A DNA stretch of 64,000 bases from Euglena gracilis (Eukaryota). Position 1 is the stretch's first letter, and each line of letters starts with the position of its first letter. Under the pieces are notes generated by a model. It did not search any database, had not been told where the DNA came from, and was given only the letters and a program-made list of their open reading frames with translations. The translations under genes and the position numbers were made by a program. Below, one piece after another: positions 39,601 through 51,200 of the stretch. The stretch is from NCBI GenBank assembly GCA_039621445.1, contig CP154954.1, forward strand, positions 16,386,140 to 16,450,139, read 5' to 3'.

Positions 39601-41165
39601 AGAAGGCCCTGGTGGTCGTGTTCGGCCCTGGCGACGTGGAGCGGGGCAAGGTACGCACCCTGGATGACTCAGTGTGCAGATTGGCATTTTATGTTTTACA
39701 TATTGGGTGCCGGAAGGTCACCAGTGCCAAGCTGTCTGCTTTTAGTGAAGTGTCCCCTTTTTATTTGCACAATTGCGCCCACCTTCAGTACAAAAAAGCT
39801 TGATTCTTTCTATGTTTGTCTGGCTCCCCTTGCTGCCGAAGGTGGAGTGGGACGTGGAGTCCAGCTGCGGGGTGGGGCTGCACTGGCTCTGCGTGGAGTG
39901 GCTGTGGCGGAGGGTGGTGCGGCGGATGGAGGCGGCCAACGCCATGGTGATCCAGACCGCCGACGCGGCGGTGGCGGCCCGGGTGGCGGCCTGGGCGGCC
40001 AAGCCCCCCAAGGTGCTGGTGGTGGCGGAGGACTCCGCCAGCAGCCTGGAGGACGTCACCCAGACCGTGGGCAACACGGTGACGCTGCCCCGGCCCGTCA
40101 CCTCCGCCATGCTGCCGCTGCTGCTGGCCGCCCTGGAAGGGGGGGACCCCCTGTGGGTCCCCCTGGAGAACGCCGCCCTCCAGGACAAGCTCCGCCTGGC
40201 GGCTGAGGAGACGGCGCGGAGGGCGAAGGAGTCTGAGAAGCGGCGCCGCCAGACCAAGCTGCGGTAGGAGGAGCGCCGCCTGCAGAAGCTGGAGCAGCAC
40301 CAGAAGGAGGGGGGTGACCGGAAGAAGAAGCGGCGGAAGAAGGAGGCGGAGAAGAAGCCCAGCAGGCCCCCGCCACCCAAGGCCCGACGGGAGGAGGCCG
40401 AGGCGGTGGACAGTGACGTGGAGATGACCGCACCTGGCCGGGAGACCCCGGAGCTGACCCCGCCCGGCAGCCAGGCTGAGGAGGCCAGCCCCGTCATCGT
40501 GCTGCCGCCGACGGGCCAGCCCAGCCGGCACCCAAAGGCGGAGGACAGCAGCAGCGAAACCTCCGACACCTCCTCGCCGGTCGCCAGCGAAGCTCCCGCA
40601 GTCCCAGCAGGGGAGGCAGAAGAGGAAGAGGAGGAGGACACCATCGAGGAGATCACCCCCGGGTACAGGAAGCCAGAGCCCCAGAAGGGGAAGGAGAAGA
40701 AGGGGGAGGAGAAGAAGGTGGAGGAGAAGAAGGGGGAGGGGAAGGGGAAGGGCAAGGGCAAAGGCAAGGAGGACACCCGGTGGAAGGCGGCCGGGCTGAT
40801 CCGTCCACCCGGACCCGGTGAAGCCCTCAAGGGCCCGAAGTCCTGGCACCTCCTGGACCCCAAGAAGTACCCGGGGATGAAGCCGGTGATCGAGGGGGCC
40901 AAAGCCAGGGTGGCGTCGGAGGCAGCAGCGGCGGCGGAGGCAGCGGCGTCGCAGGCAGCGGCGGCCGCAGCACCAGCGCCGGAGGAGGCGGAGTTTCGAC
41001 GAGGAGGAGTCCGAAGAGGAGGAGGCCCCGCCACCGCCACCGCCACGCACCGCCCCGGCTGCGGCGCCCAGGAGCACCGTCCTCCGCGGGCTGCCGAAGC
41101 CTGGCGGCAAGCCGGCGGCCGCCTCGGAGAGCCTCGCCAAGCGGCTCTCCAAGCACAAGAAGTGA
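36641..41165 (+). pseudogene. E1 multi-exon ParB/Srx-like domain protein with a degenerate methyltransferase-like C-terminal region and a K/E-rich tail
   Basis: Approximate exons: 36641-37030, 37330-37424, 37988-38217, 38369-38669, 38801-39169, 39408-39650, 39842-41165, mostly with GT-AG borders. The peptide GQTRPLDNTEVERKLRQLQLNPPLEMVRVTVW..YVLMSGQHITAA is ParB-like. In-frame TAG at 40265 plus frameshifts. Confidence 0.75.
37555..37973. mobile_element. MITE inserted in intron 2 of the E1 ParB-like gene
   Basis: Inverted ends AAC(n)AAATATAAA / TTTATATTTG(n)TTA, internal CCCCAAATATAAAACCCC repeats and a CGGCGCGAAGCGCCG hairpin. Confidence 0.7.
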
Positions 41166-44100
41166 GACTGGCTGTGGGCCTGTCTCCTAATTTTTTTACG
41201 TTCTCTTCCCCTCTGCATTCTGTTTCCACCATTTCTTTTTTTTTTATAAAACACTTTTGATGCGCGCATTTGCGCAAATGTTTCTGTCACAAGTGTTTCA
41301 CCCTCTCAGTCCCCTCTCGGCTATGGTATGTCCCCTCTCAGAATTATTTGTTTTAAACAAATAAAAAACCTGTTGATGTTGATGTGCGCAATTGCGCAAG
41401 TGAAACACACACTTTGTTGTTTTGTGGTTTGAATGCCGGCCGGAGACGGTGCCCCACTGCCGTGGTGTCTGTGTACACCGCCCCCGCTGACCACCTCCGG
41501 CCTACGTCATCCCCATGCCCTCTACCCTGCCGGGGGGTGGACTTGTGTTTTTTTGGGGGGGTTGGTGTGACCCCTCTCGTGGCTGCAGCCCCCTCTCGTG
41601 CCGTGCTGTCCCTCTCACCCGTGTCATAAATACACAAAAGAAAAAACCCCTTAGTACCACCCCCCACTCACAACCAGCGCGGGCGGAGTGCGGGGCGGCC
41701 CCTCCTCCTGTTCAGCCAGGCGCCCGGGCGACAAGCGTATCACCGCCCGCCGGGGGTTTGTTTGTCTAGTTTCTTTTTTTTCTGTGTGGTCTGCACATTC
41801 CCATCTCTTTCAACCATCTGGTTCTTCCACCGGCACCCCTCTCACACACTGGCACGCACACCATCGTACGTTTTATTTGCGCAATTGCGCGCATCAACAT
41901 CAATCGTCTGTTTTGGTGCTTCACAAAAACACCAAAGTCAAAGTCCTGGGTTGCACACAAGCCAATATGTATTGTAAACCAAGCCCCCACTGACAACTGC
42001 GGGTGTCTGACCCCACCGCCCTGCCTGCCGCACATCACCCCTGCACACCCTCTGCACCATGACACCTCTGCACCCTGGACCCCTCCTCCCTCCCTCTACC
42101 CCCTGCACACCGTACCCATCAACCCGCACCCCTTCCAAAGCCCTGTCACCCTTTCCCCTGCTTTCCTTACCAATCAAAAATTACCAAGTCCCAAGGGTCA
42201 AAGTACACACACACACGCACACTCCGAGGCACCGGGAGGGAACACACTGCCGGCGAGACTGCTTCCCCAAAAAAGGCTCCGCACACTCACAGGGGCGGGC
42301 AGGGTCCCGGTCCCCGGGTGTTTTTTTTTACTTTTTTCAGTGTGGGCGGGCAGGTTCCCGGGTGTTTGGCCCCCAAATTTTTTTGGACACCTCTTAAAAT
42401 CACATTTTCGGCCAAAGTCCCAGGGGTCTCTCCGCCAAAACCAAAAAAATTGTTTCGTTTTTGCCCTTGCTTGCCGGCGTGTCTCCTCGCCCCCCAGACC
42501 TTCACCGCCGGAATCAAAAAACTCGGGGATTTGCGCAAGTGCGCAAATAAAAAGTTAAAAGCTTAAGTGCGAATTAGGCCGCCTAAGAGGGGGGGTCCCT
42601 GGGCCCACTTTGCAATGCACAAAACCACTACTTAAAACCCTACCCCATCCAAAAGGGCGATGGGCGAAACCTGCCAACCAGCACAAACAAAACTGCAAAA
42701 GATCAGGACCAACAAAGACAAATGTCAAGAAATATTTATATTACGTTGCATAACAAAAACGCACTCCATTTTAAATTTGGGTTCACCCGCCGTTGCCAGA
42801 ATTTGATTGTGCTGAGCACTTTGTCTTAGGCGGCGTAAACTGCCCATGATAAAATTGACTGGAAGTGGGTCCCGGAATGCCAGAAAAATGCTGCGAAAAA
42901 TAGCCAAAATTTTCGTGTTCCGCATCGTATCAAAAATTTTTCGCACCTATTGGCTGCATAACAGCTGAAGCGGAAAACCGCTTCGATGATTTCCGAAATT
43001 TATTTTTTAGCAGATTCACAGGTAAATGCGAACAAGCAAAAAGGTTGTAGAAAACCTACTACATAGACAAACAACGAAAGATGTCATCTGTCCTTCAAAC
43101 ACACAGATACAGAAAGAGAATATATACATAGCAAATACCTGCGTGCAAGTTAGACAGCAGCATAACAAAGAAATTCAAGTAAGATGCCTGATGAAGCGGA
43201 ATACCGCTTCATCGACACCCACAGTCATGATATGATGTTACGTCCATCTGAACCAGCTGTAACAGAAATTACAATCACATTTATGCTGTGCCGGATAAAA
43301 AGGAGGAGAGACCACGTTGCACCCGTGTGATTCACTCTGCCTGACACCGACGTTGGCCACCGTCGGGGTCGATTGTTCCTGTGAGCTGCCGGGGCCGCAA
43401 GCGGCGGAAGCAGGCACCCGGCAGCCCCGTGGCTCCCCGCCTTGCACTGCCGGAGACAGAATGGTTTTAGGCTTAGACTGAACGTAAAACTGACATATGA
43501 CGTTTGTGGTGCACATGGCGGTTTGGTGGTTGTGTAATGCGCGGAACAAATGCGTAGGTCCATGAAAAGCAAATACTCTTGACAGAGGAAGCGGGTTTCC
43601 GCTTCCTTTACACGTAATTGACACAATTCACAAAAAGGGGAGAGGCTGGACCGGGTCCAATTCACTTCCCCGTACCCCCGAACGGTGCCCAGCCGTGAGG
43701 GGTTCGGTTACAGCTTTTGCTGGACCAGGCTGGCGATCGTACAGTCCAGGCTCCCCGTTCATGGTTGCACATAAACGTTACCTAGTGTACGATGCACCTT
43801 GTGAAATGCACTTTATGGTTTGGTCAAACGTTAAACGGTTAACAGCATCGCGCATCGCATTGCAATGCTTACTAAGCCAGGCAAAATGCAACGTCAGATT
43901 CGACAGGAAGCGGTTTTCCGCTTCTTTTAATAAAGCGTCCAATATCTTTAATGTCTTTCGCGAGGTACATAACTGTTTACCGGTTGAGTGTACCATGAAC
44001 AGCACAACAGTCGTCATGTTAGCAACCAAATTGAAGAACACGGTTACAGTGGTGGACCGAAGCCAAGATTGGCATACTGCAACTCGTCGTGCTGGTACCT

Positions 44101-45247
44101 CATTGTTCGCCACTTGCGCTGAGTTGATCGAGTCCATGAGAAGTCCGCTGCAGACATGACCTTGGCGGAGTTTTTATTAATAACAACACGGAAAACGGTT
44201 TTATAAGTCCAACGCAATGAAAATGAAGCGGAAAACCGCTTCACCTACGACCGAAATCGCGATCATGTCTGTTCATACCAAGTGTGTGACCGCAAAGTAC
44301 TACATAGTTCAAACTACACGCATTCAGGTGGTATAACTGAACGTGCTCTGCGGGCTGCCGCTGGCAATGGCCAGCAAAGGCCGTATGTGGCGGGGACTGC
44401 CCACCCCCACCACGTACTGTCTGTGGTTCCCTACCAGTGACAGCCTCCTTTTTTGCTTTTACCGAGGGCAGCGGGAATCCGCTTCAAACGAAGCCACACA
44501 TGTGGGTAGCGACTGTGATCACCCAGGCAGTCGGGTTCATCAGTGCACATTGGGCGCAGCTTGTTGGACGATGTGTCACTCTTCTAAGTCACATTGGTAT
44601 GGACGGCTGAATAAAGACGTGAGGTCTGTGTATATACCGAGATCAAGATACTACATACGTCTGCGAGGTTGCGATCAGTTGGTTAGTCCGCAGGGTAGGG
44701 TAGTGACTGTGATCACGGCAGGCAGTCAAGCAAATGTGGGTAGTGACTGTGATCACTCAGGCAGTTGTACCAAAAAAAAGCAGTCAGTAATTTTAAAATG
44801 AGACAGAGTAGGAAGCGTTTTTCCGCTTCCTGAAAAAAACTGCTCAAAATATACGTAAATCCCACCCTACGTTTCTGAATCGCGAGGTTTCTAACCGACG
44901 TAACATGGCAGTTGTACCACCAACCACATCAATTCACCATAAGTTCCCAGGTACTCGTGTTTTGGGAAGGATTTTACCTGACATCGCGCTCTGGATGCGC
45001 CCAATTTGAGAGACCAACGTCCTGTTGCACCCCCATTTCAAAATCTAAATACACCTGCCAAACAGCACCAAGAAATCAGCAAACCCGTCTTATGAAGCGT
45101 AAAACCGCTTCATATGTGAAACTATAAGCAATTTGTCAACGCGTTCTTAGGTTAACGGGTCATAAACAAGAGAATACCAAGAGGAAGCGGTTATCCGCTT
45201 CCTTTTGACGCACGATATTCATATCTGGTCATTGGAACAGAGATCAC

Positions 45248-47902
45248 ATGCCAGCCGTTCCGTCGCCAGAGGAGTTGGTCCTGAACATTCGGGGCCTTCG
45301 CGCCTATTTGCAACGAGGTCGGCCTCGTTCGGGATGGGACCTATTTCATGATGCCTTCGTGGCTCGTGATGTAGGTGCCCAAGCAATTGTGGCACTGTGC
45401 TGCATGGTGCGGCTGAATCGGCGTTCACGTCGGACAGTAGAGGTGGTGCGGGAGGCCTACATGCGGTATTCCACTCACCATCCTCGGTGGCTGGGACAGC
45501 TCGCTACTGGGGCGTATGCTGTGTGGCGTACGCTGCATCGACAGGCCCAACCCCTCGCAGACCCCAATACAGTGGCCGAGAACACTTCCAGCACGCGGGC
45601 ACTTCAGCAGCTTCCGAGGGCAATGCGGAGAACGCTACGGCACACCGGCGTGGTGGGTCGTACGGAGGTGCAGGTTGCAGCCCGGGCAGCGGTGGCGGCG
45701 CGGGACATCCTGGCCTCCCTCCGGAACCACCAGGTTGTCCTCTGGCTGGACAACTTCTGCTGGCTACGAACCTGAGCCAGAACCTCACTGCTTTTGGAAC
45801 AGTGCAGGGCATACTGATGTGTGCATGATTCAATGAATCACTGGTTGGTTCCTGAAGCAGTGAATGGCAATGAAGCGGAAAACCGCTTCATTAGTACTCA
45901 ATATGTTTGCATGGCTGTTTGTGGTTCAACTGTAACAAATGAATGATTCAGAAGGATGGACCCGTACTTTGCACTGATGCCGCTTCCTGCAGCTGGAGAA
46001 CCTGTTGCACCGACAGGGGACGAGGACGCGTTCCTTGACCTTCCCGGTGTCTCCAGGACATCCAGAGCTGAGCGACCTGATTGGCAACCTGGAGGTGGTG
46101 GCGTCCTCCTGTTGTACCGCATCGTTGCTGCTGCACCAAGCCGTGGGTCGGATACGACGGATGCAGCTGACGGAGACGTCGATCAGAGTACCACTGGATG
46201 TGGCGCGGACCGACATGCGGTCCCTGCAGTGGCGGCCGCTGTCACTGACGGAGCAGGTGGTGTCAGCCAACCTGGACTTGCTGCTGGTGCTGTAGACGGC
46301 CAGGTCACTGCAACACCTCACTCGTCGCCAGACGCCGCTGCTGGTGGATGAGAACATCCACTACAGGTGCCTGAGGCTGCTGTACTCTGCGTCGGCATCG
46401 CGGTACTACGTGTCCCGCTATCTGGCCGAGGTCCCCCTGCTGTACGGCATCTGGCACGCGTACAAGCACACGGTGACCATCGTGTACCGGGCGTTCTTCC
46501 CGGTGCTGGCACAGCTGGAGGTGTCCCCCGGTGACCACCACCTGACGTGCAGCCTGCGGAGCCACCGGAAGGTGCTGTACATGGAGAAGCTGTTTGCCAG
46601 CCTTCTGTTGTCCCGCGAGTCGGTCATGTCCCACTCTGAGTCGCGTATAGCACCAGGGAAGCGATTTTCCGCTTGCTTCATGCTCATTGATGCTATTTCA
46701 TGATGTCCGTGTGGCATGCTATCTGCGACTCAGTAGTCAACTATCAACCAGAATGGGAGATTGGAGTCGCTCAGGGACTACACGAGCTGAACAACAGCAG
46801 CAACTCCGGTCCTACCCGTACCAGCTGCTACAAGGGCTGTGGAACATCCTGGTCTTCTATGCCCCGGCCTTGCTGCACTTGGGACACGAGGTCCGACAGT
46901 GTACCTGGAGAGGTAGACCTGAGGACGAGGTGAAGGGTACTACCGCTCGGCTGGTGCTGCAGAAGTGCCTCCTGCTGCTGATGCACCTGGAGAGCCTGAT
47001 GAGTCCCGGAAGGCCGCCGTCAGAGTACCAGCGGACCATCTCCCTGGCCCTGGCTGGGGTGGCAGGACTGGATGTCCCGGCTGCCGGGCTGCGTGTTCGT
47101 GGAGGAGGCTGGTGAGGCCATGCTGTCGAGGCTGTCGTCTGCCTGCAAACGGAACCCCCACGTGACCAGCTTCGAGGGTACACTGCAGCTGTTCCTCAAC
47201 CTCAGCGCCCCCTCCGGCGAGTCCCACCACAGCCGTGGCAGCCTCCGGAAGCAGCTCGTGCAGGAGATGGCACGTCGTGTTCGTGGCCTGGTTGGCAGCC
47301 CTGGTGACCGTCCATTTCCGAAGCGGGTGGACAGCACCACCGTGCAGTGGCTGGTGGACCCAGAGACCTACCCCACCTGGATGGCACCGGAACCTCTGCC
47401 AGCGCGGATGACCACTGAGCAGCTGCTGCCCGTCCTGCGACACTCCCTGCAGACGCTGGTCCGAGGACAGCGCCTCGCTGCAGACGTGGAGGAGTGGCTC
47501 AGGACCAACGTGGGCACTGTTGATCCAGATCTTCTGCAAGAAAGAGAAGAGGCGATGTACCCTTTCCTCGCGCGGAGAAGAACCAGGGCTGCCACAGCGG
47601 AAGTTCCTCTTCAGCGTCCCGATGAAGCGGAAAACCGCTTGCACGACGCGGATGAAGCGGATACCCGCTTCGATGTCAACTCAGCTGAGATGGAGGTGGC
47701 AGAGGCATCGATCGTGGTGGGTGACCAGGAGGAAGGCAGCAGTCTGTACGAGCCACCGGAGTCCCTCTACGAGCCGCCCGGTGACTTATCGGACGGCTAC
47801 GTGTCTGTGGGGGCCTCCGACGGATTGGACTGGCTGGGCTCACTGCAAGGCAGTGATATATCCGATGCTTCGTCGGACGTATCCGTAGCAGTGGTGTGTT
47901 AA
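45248..47902 (+). pseudogene. E2 spliced DDE-like transposase (DUF6589/Academ-like by motif pattern)
   Basis: Ordered motifs VVLWLDNF (D1), PLLVDENIH (D2), LLYGIWHAYKH (conserved H) and CVFVEEAGE (E), then an acidic tail. Introns at ~45830-45992 and ~46640-46740. In-frame TAG at 46293 and frameshifts at ~45770 and ~47055. Confidence 0.7.
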
Positions 47903-48270
47903 TGCCTCCTGATTGCTGTTTGTGGGAGATATCTGTTGCATATACGTTATTTGGGACACGTTGGGTTCACACGCTGGCTATTACTAACTAATAGATAGGC
48001 AAATATGAGCATACCGGACCATCACCACTACAGACAGCAAGAAAATGGATACATTTTTTAAACATGGTGCTGTTTGCTCCAGGTTGGCAGTGTAAAATGG
48101 AGAGTGTTTTGCAAACAACAAGCAAAATCAAAAAAAAATCACCAATTTGGCTGTGTTTTATAAGTTCTTTTTGAAAATAAATGATGCAAATCCATTCATT
48201 TCAGCCTTATTTTCCACAGATTGCAGGAATATATACATATTTTTTGCTTTCCCTTCACAGACCAGTACAC

Positions 48271-51200
48271 ATGCCTCCGAAGAAGCTGGCGAAGGCAGAC
48301 ACCACGGGACAGTCGATCCCGAAGCTGCTGGAAGACGAGGAGATGTGGCTGCAGAGGGAACAGGGTTAGATTTGTGGTTCGTTTGGTGAATGAACAGATA
48401 TGGATTGATAAGTGTGGCAAGATTACCCTCAGTGGAAAGACTTCTGTTGACATTCTTCATTGGAGCTAAGGTTCAGAAGCATTGACAGATAAAAAATCAC
48501 TTTGGTCAACCAATGAAGCGGAAACACGCTTCATTGCCGTTATTTTTCCCACAAAAGAAAGATAACTTAACTAACCCTGTAGTCGGGCAGCTGGTTCTGG
48601 ACGTTGACCTGAGCCGGGGGCAGGTCCGGCGGCCCCGTCAGGAGCACGTGAACGACCTCATCACCGAGCTGAAGAACAATCCGCCGCAGGAGCTGGTGCT
48701 GACGGTGTGGCCGGAGAGAGGTGTCCACCAGTACTCTCCATATTGTGTTGGTCGTTCCTGTGGATCAGAACCCCACGCTTCAAGTTGGTGGGTTGGCACT
48801 TTGGACATAGGACATAGGACACATGTGTGTTTCTCTGTTTCATCATATGGAAATGATCTTTCATGGGTTGTGTGGGGCTTTCTGAATTTGTTCCCCTCTT
48901 CGCAGCTACGGGGAAGTGGGTCATCCTGAGTGGTCAACATCGTTTCCTGGCCGCGTCGGCCATCGCCGACGCCGCCATCGCCGATGCCCGGCGAGCTCCA
49001 GCCTTCACGGAGAGGTTCCGGTGCAAGGTGGTGAAGGAGAACACCAGCATCGTCGAGCGCCAGCAGCTGGCCGGCAGGTTGCAGGCCATGGACGGCAACG
49101 TCATGGACATGACCCTGGCGGACCGCCTGCACTGGCTGCTGAAGGAGGACACCCACAACCGGGAGATTGCCGAGGTGGAAGGGGTGGCGTACAACCCCAC
49201 AAAGACGGAGCTGTTGAAGAACGTGTACAACAAGACGGGATGCCGGGAGACCGTGGACGGTGCGCTGGTATGTTCTGTCGCCTATGGACGATTCTGCAGC
49301 CCAGAATAATTATGCGATATTTAATGAACTGATAGCATATGGCATAGTCAGTTCGTTGTTGGAGGTTCTAATGTGATCACAAAAGGAAGCGTTTTCCCGC
49401 TTCATTAGCCTTCTATTTCAATTCTTGCCCTTCTCAGGGTACGTGGGTCAAAGCCATGATCCCGGTCACGGAGTGGGTGCTGCAGAGTGGGACCGAGGCT
49501 GTGGAGGTGGTGAAGAGGATGGAGGCCCGAGGTGGGGACCGTGTGTCCCCACACACGTTCAAGTGCCTGGAGGCCATCTACCACCCGGACGACTACGCGG
49601 AGCTGGCCCAGGTGATGTTGGACGAGAAGTCCAAGCCCACAACCCAACGGCTGGTCCAGGCTCCACATTTTGCATTCTACGTCTGGCGGATGGTTGTAAA
49701 TCGAAAATGAGGAGGGATTTTTCATACACAATGCAGATAGGAAGCGTGTTTCCGCTTCGTACATAAACTTTTAATTTTTAATGTATAATTGTGTTCACAG
49801 TATTCACCCATTCATCCAAAATACAAAATGGAGTCTGCTTCCAAGCACGAGACGGCGAAGCTGGTGCGCCGGAGGACCTGGACGTGGCTGCTGCAGCACC
49901 CGGAGCTGGATGCCGATGTTCTTCACCCGACCAGAAGTGTGTGCTTTTGTATAATTGTCTGCATGAATCATATTCGTGCAAGTCTGAGAGCTGCTGCCTT
50001 TGATAACTGGTTCTTTACAATGATAAACTTCAGTCTGTATCATGAAGTGTTTTTCCACTTCACTTTAATTTGTGTTCTTTTTGCAGAGGACCTGGTGCAG
50101 GTGGCCGCGCTGGAGACCGCCTTGCAGCCGGAGCACGTCAAGGTGCCGATGACCGGAGTGAAGTGGAGGTGGTCGCCCGAAGCCCCCTGTGCGGGAACCA
50201 ACTTCTGATTTGGAAAAACAATTCTCGTTTCATAGCCTGGAGTGAATGCACCCCTCCCAGTGAATGCATTCACACCCCCTCTGATGCGATGGTAATTGTC
50301 CCCCGGCATCGGCCGCCCATCGAGGTGGTACGTCGCGCACCGCTGTGGGCCGACCCCTTGTACGAGGGACTCAGGCAGCGGCTGCTGGGCCCCGTGATGG
50401 AGCCCGTCGTCAAGATCGGGGGTGTCTTCGGCACCTGGACCTGCACGGGATGAGCCTGCCTGGCCGTGGTCCGTCAACGCCCGGCAAACCAAAGAAACTG
50501 GAGGAGGAGGTGTCCAGCACCCAGGAGATCTCCACGCCAGGCCGGGCCACGGCCAAGCGGGCTGCCCAGCCTGAGGCGCCGAAGACCGGCCTCATCCACG
50601 TGGTGCCCATGCAGTCCACGGACAACGCCTGGCCGAAGGACCTCCGTCTGCTGGACCTGGCAGCCGTGGTGGTGGAGGTTGAGCCCCAGCAGTTCGCCGA
50701 CGAGGACAGCGTGCATACCGAGGTGTTGAGGCTCATGCTGACGGGGGTGCCCATGATCGCCGTCGGGAGGGACATCGACCTGCGAGATCTCCAAGCGCGG
50801 CTGACGAAGTTGCTGGGCAGTGAGATGACCGTCTTCCGCAAGGACATCGTCCTCTTCATCCCGCAGCCGGGGCCCGACCCGGAGTGGATCTGGGCGCGAA
50901 GGACCCTGTCCGTGTTCACCACGAACAAGAAGACCATGAAGGTGCACCATCAATTTTATTTTATGATGAAGCGGAAAAGCGCTTCCTGATAATGAGAGCA
51001 CTTCTTTTCTTTTCATGTATATGTCATAGTGAGTGCATACATGTACATCGTACAAAACAGAAATTCCCTGTTACTTCCCGTCGTAGGACCCCGGACAGAT
51101 CACCTTGCAGGGGATGCACCAGGTCCCAGATTGCACTTAGCATGCTAGCAAGCTAAGAATGTTGTCTTCAGTTTTCATACTTCAATCGTGAAACTTATGT

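Larger units (their letters stand above)
33986..42547. promoter_or_regulatory. Dispersed E1-specific palindrome TTTGCGCANNTGCGCGCA (~16 copies), putative protein-binding sites
   Basis: Copies (some degenerate) at ~33986, 34526, 34896, 37173, 37215, 37251, 37290, 38271, 39225, 39322, 39348, 39764, 41261, 41383, 41876, 42530. All are intronic or intergenic. Confidence 0.75.
33941..42587 (+). mobile_element. E1: 8.6 kb TIR DNA transposon carrying a deleted DDE-like transposase and a ParB-like gene
   Basis: Left end CTTAGGCAGCCGAATTCGCACTTAAG (33941-66) is 24/26 complementary to right end CTTAAGTGCGAATTAGGCCGCCTAAG (42562-87). A TGCGCA-type palindrome lies ~15-20 bp inside each TIR. Confidence 0.85.

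Noticed and set aside
39742-41290. 500-aa minus-strand ORFs (also 34783-35784 and 60314-61246)
   Set aside because: Antisense shadows of GC-rich coding sequence on the opposite strand.
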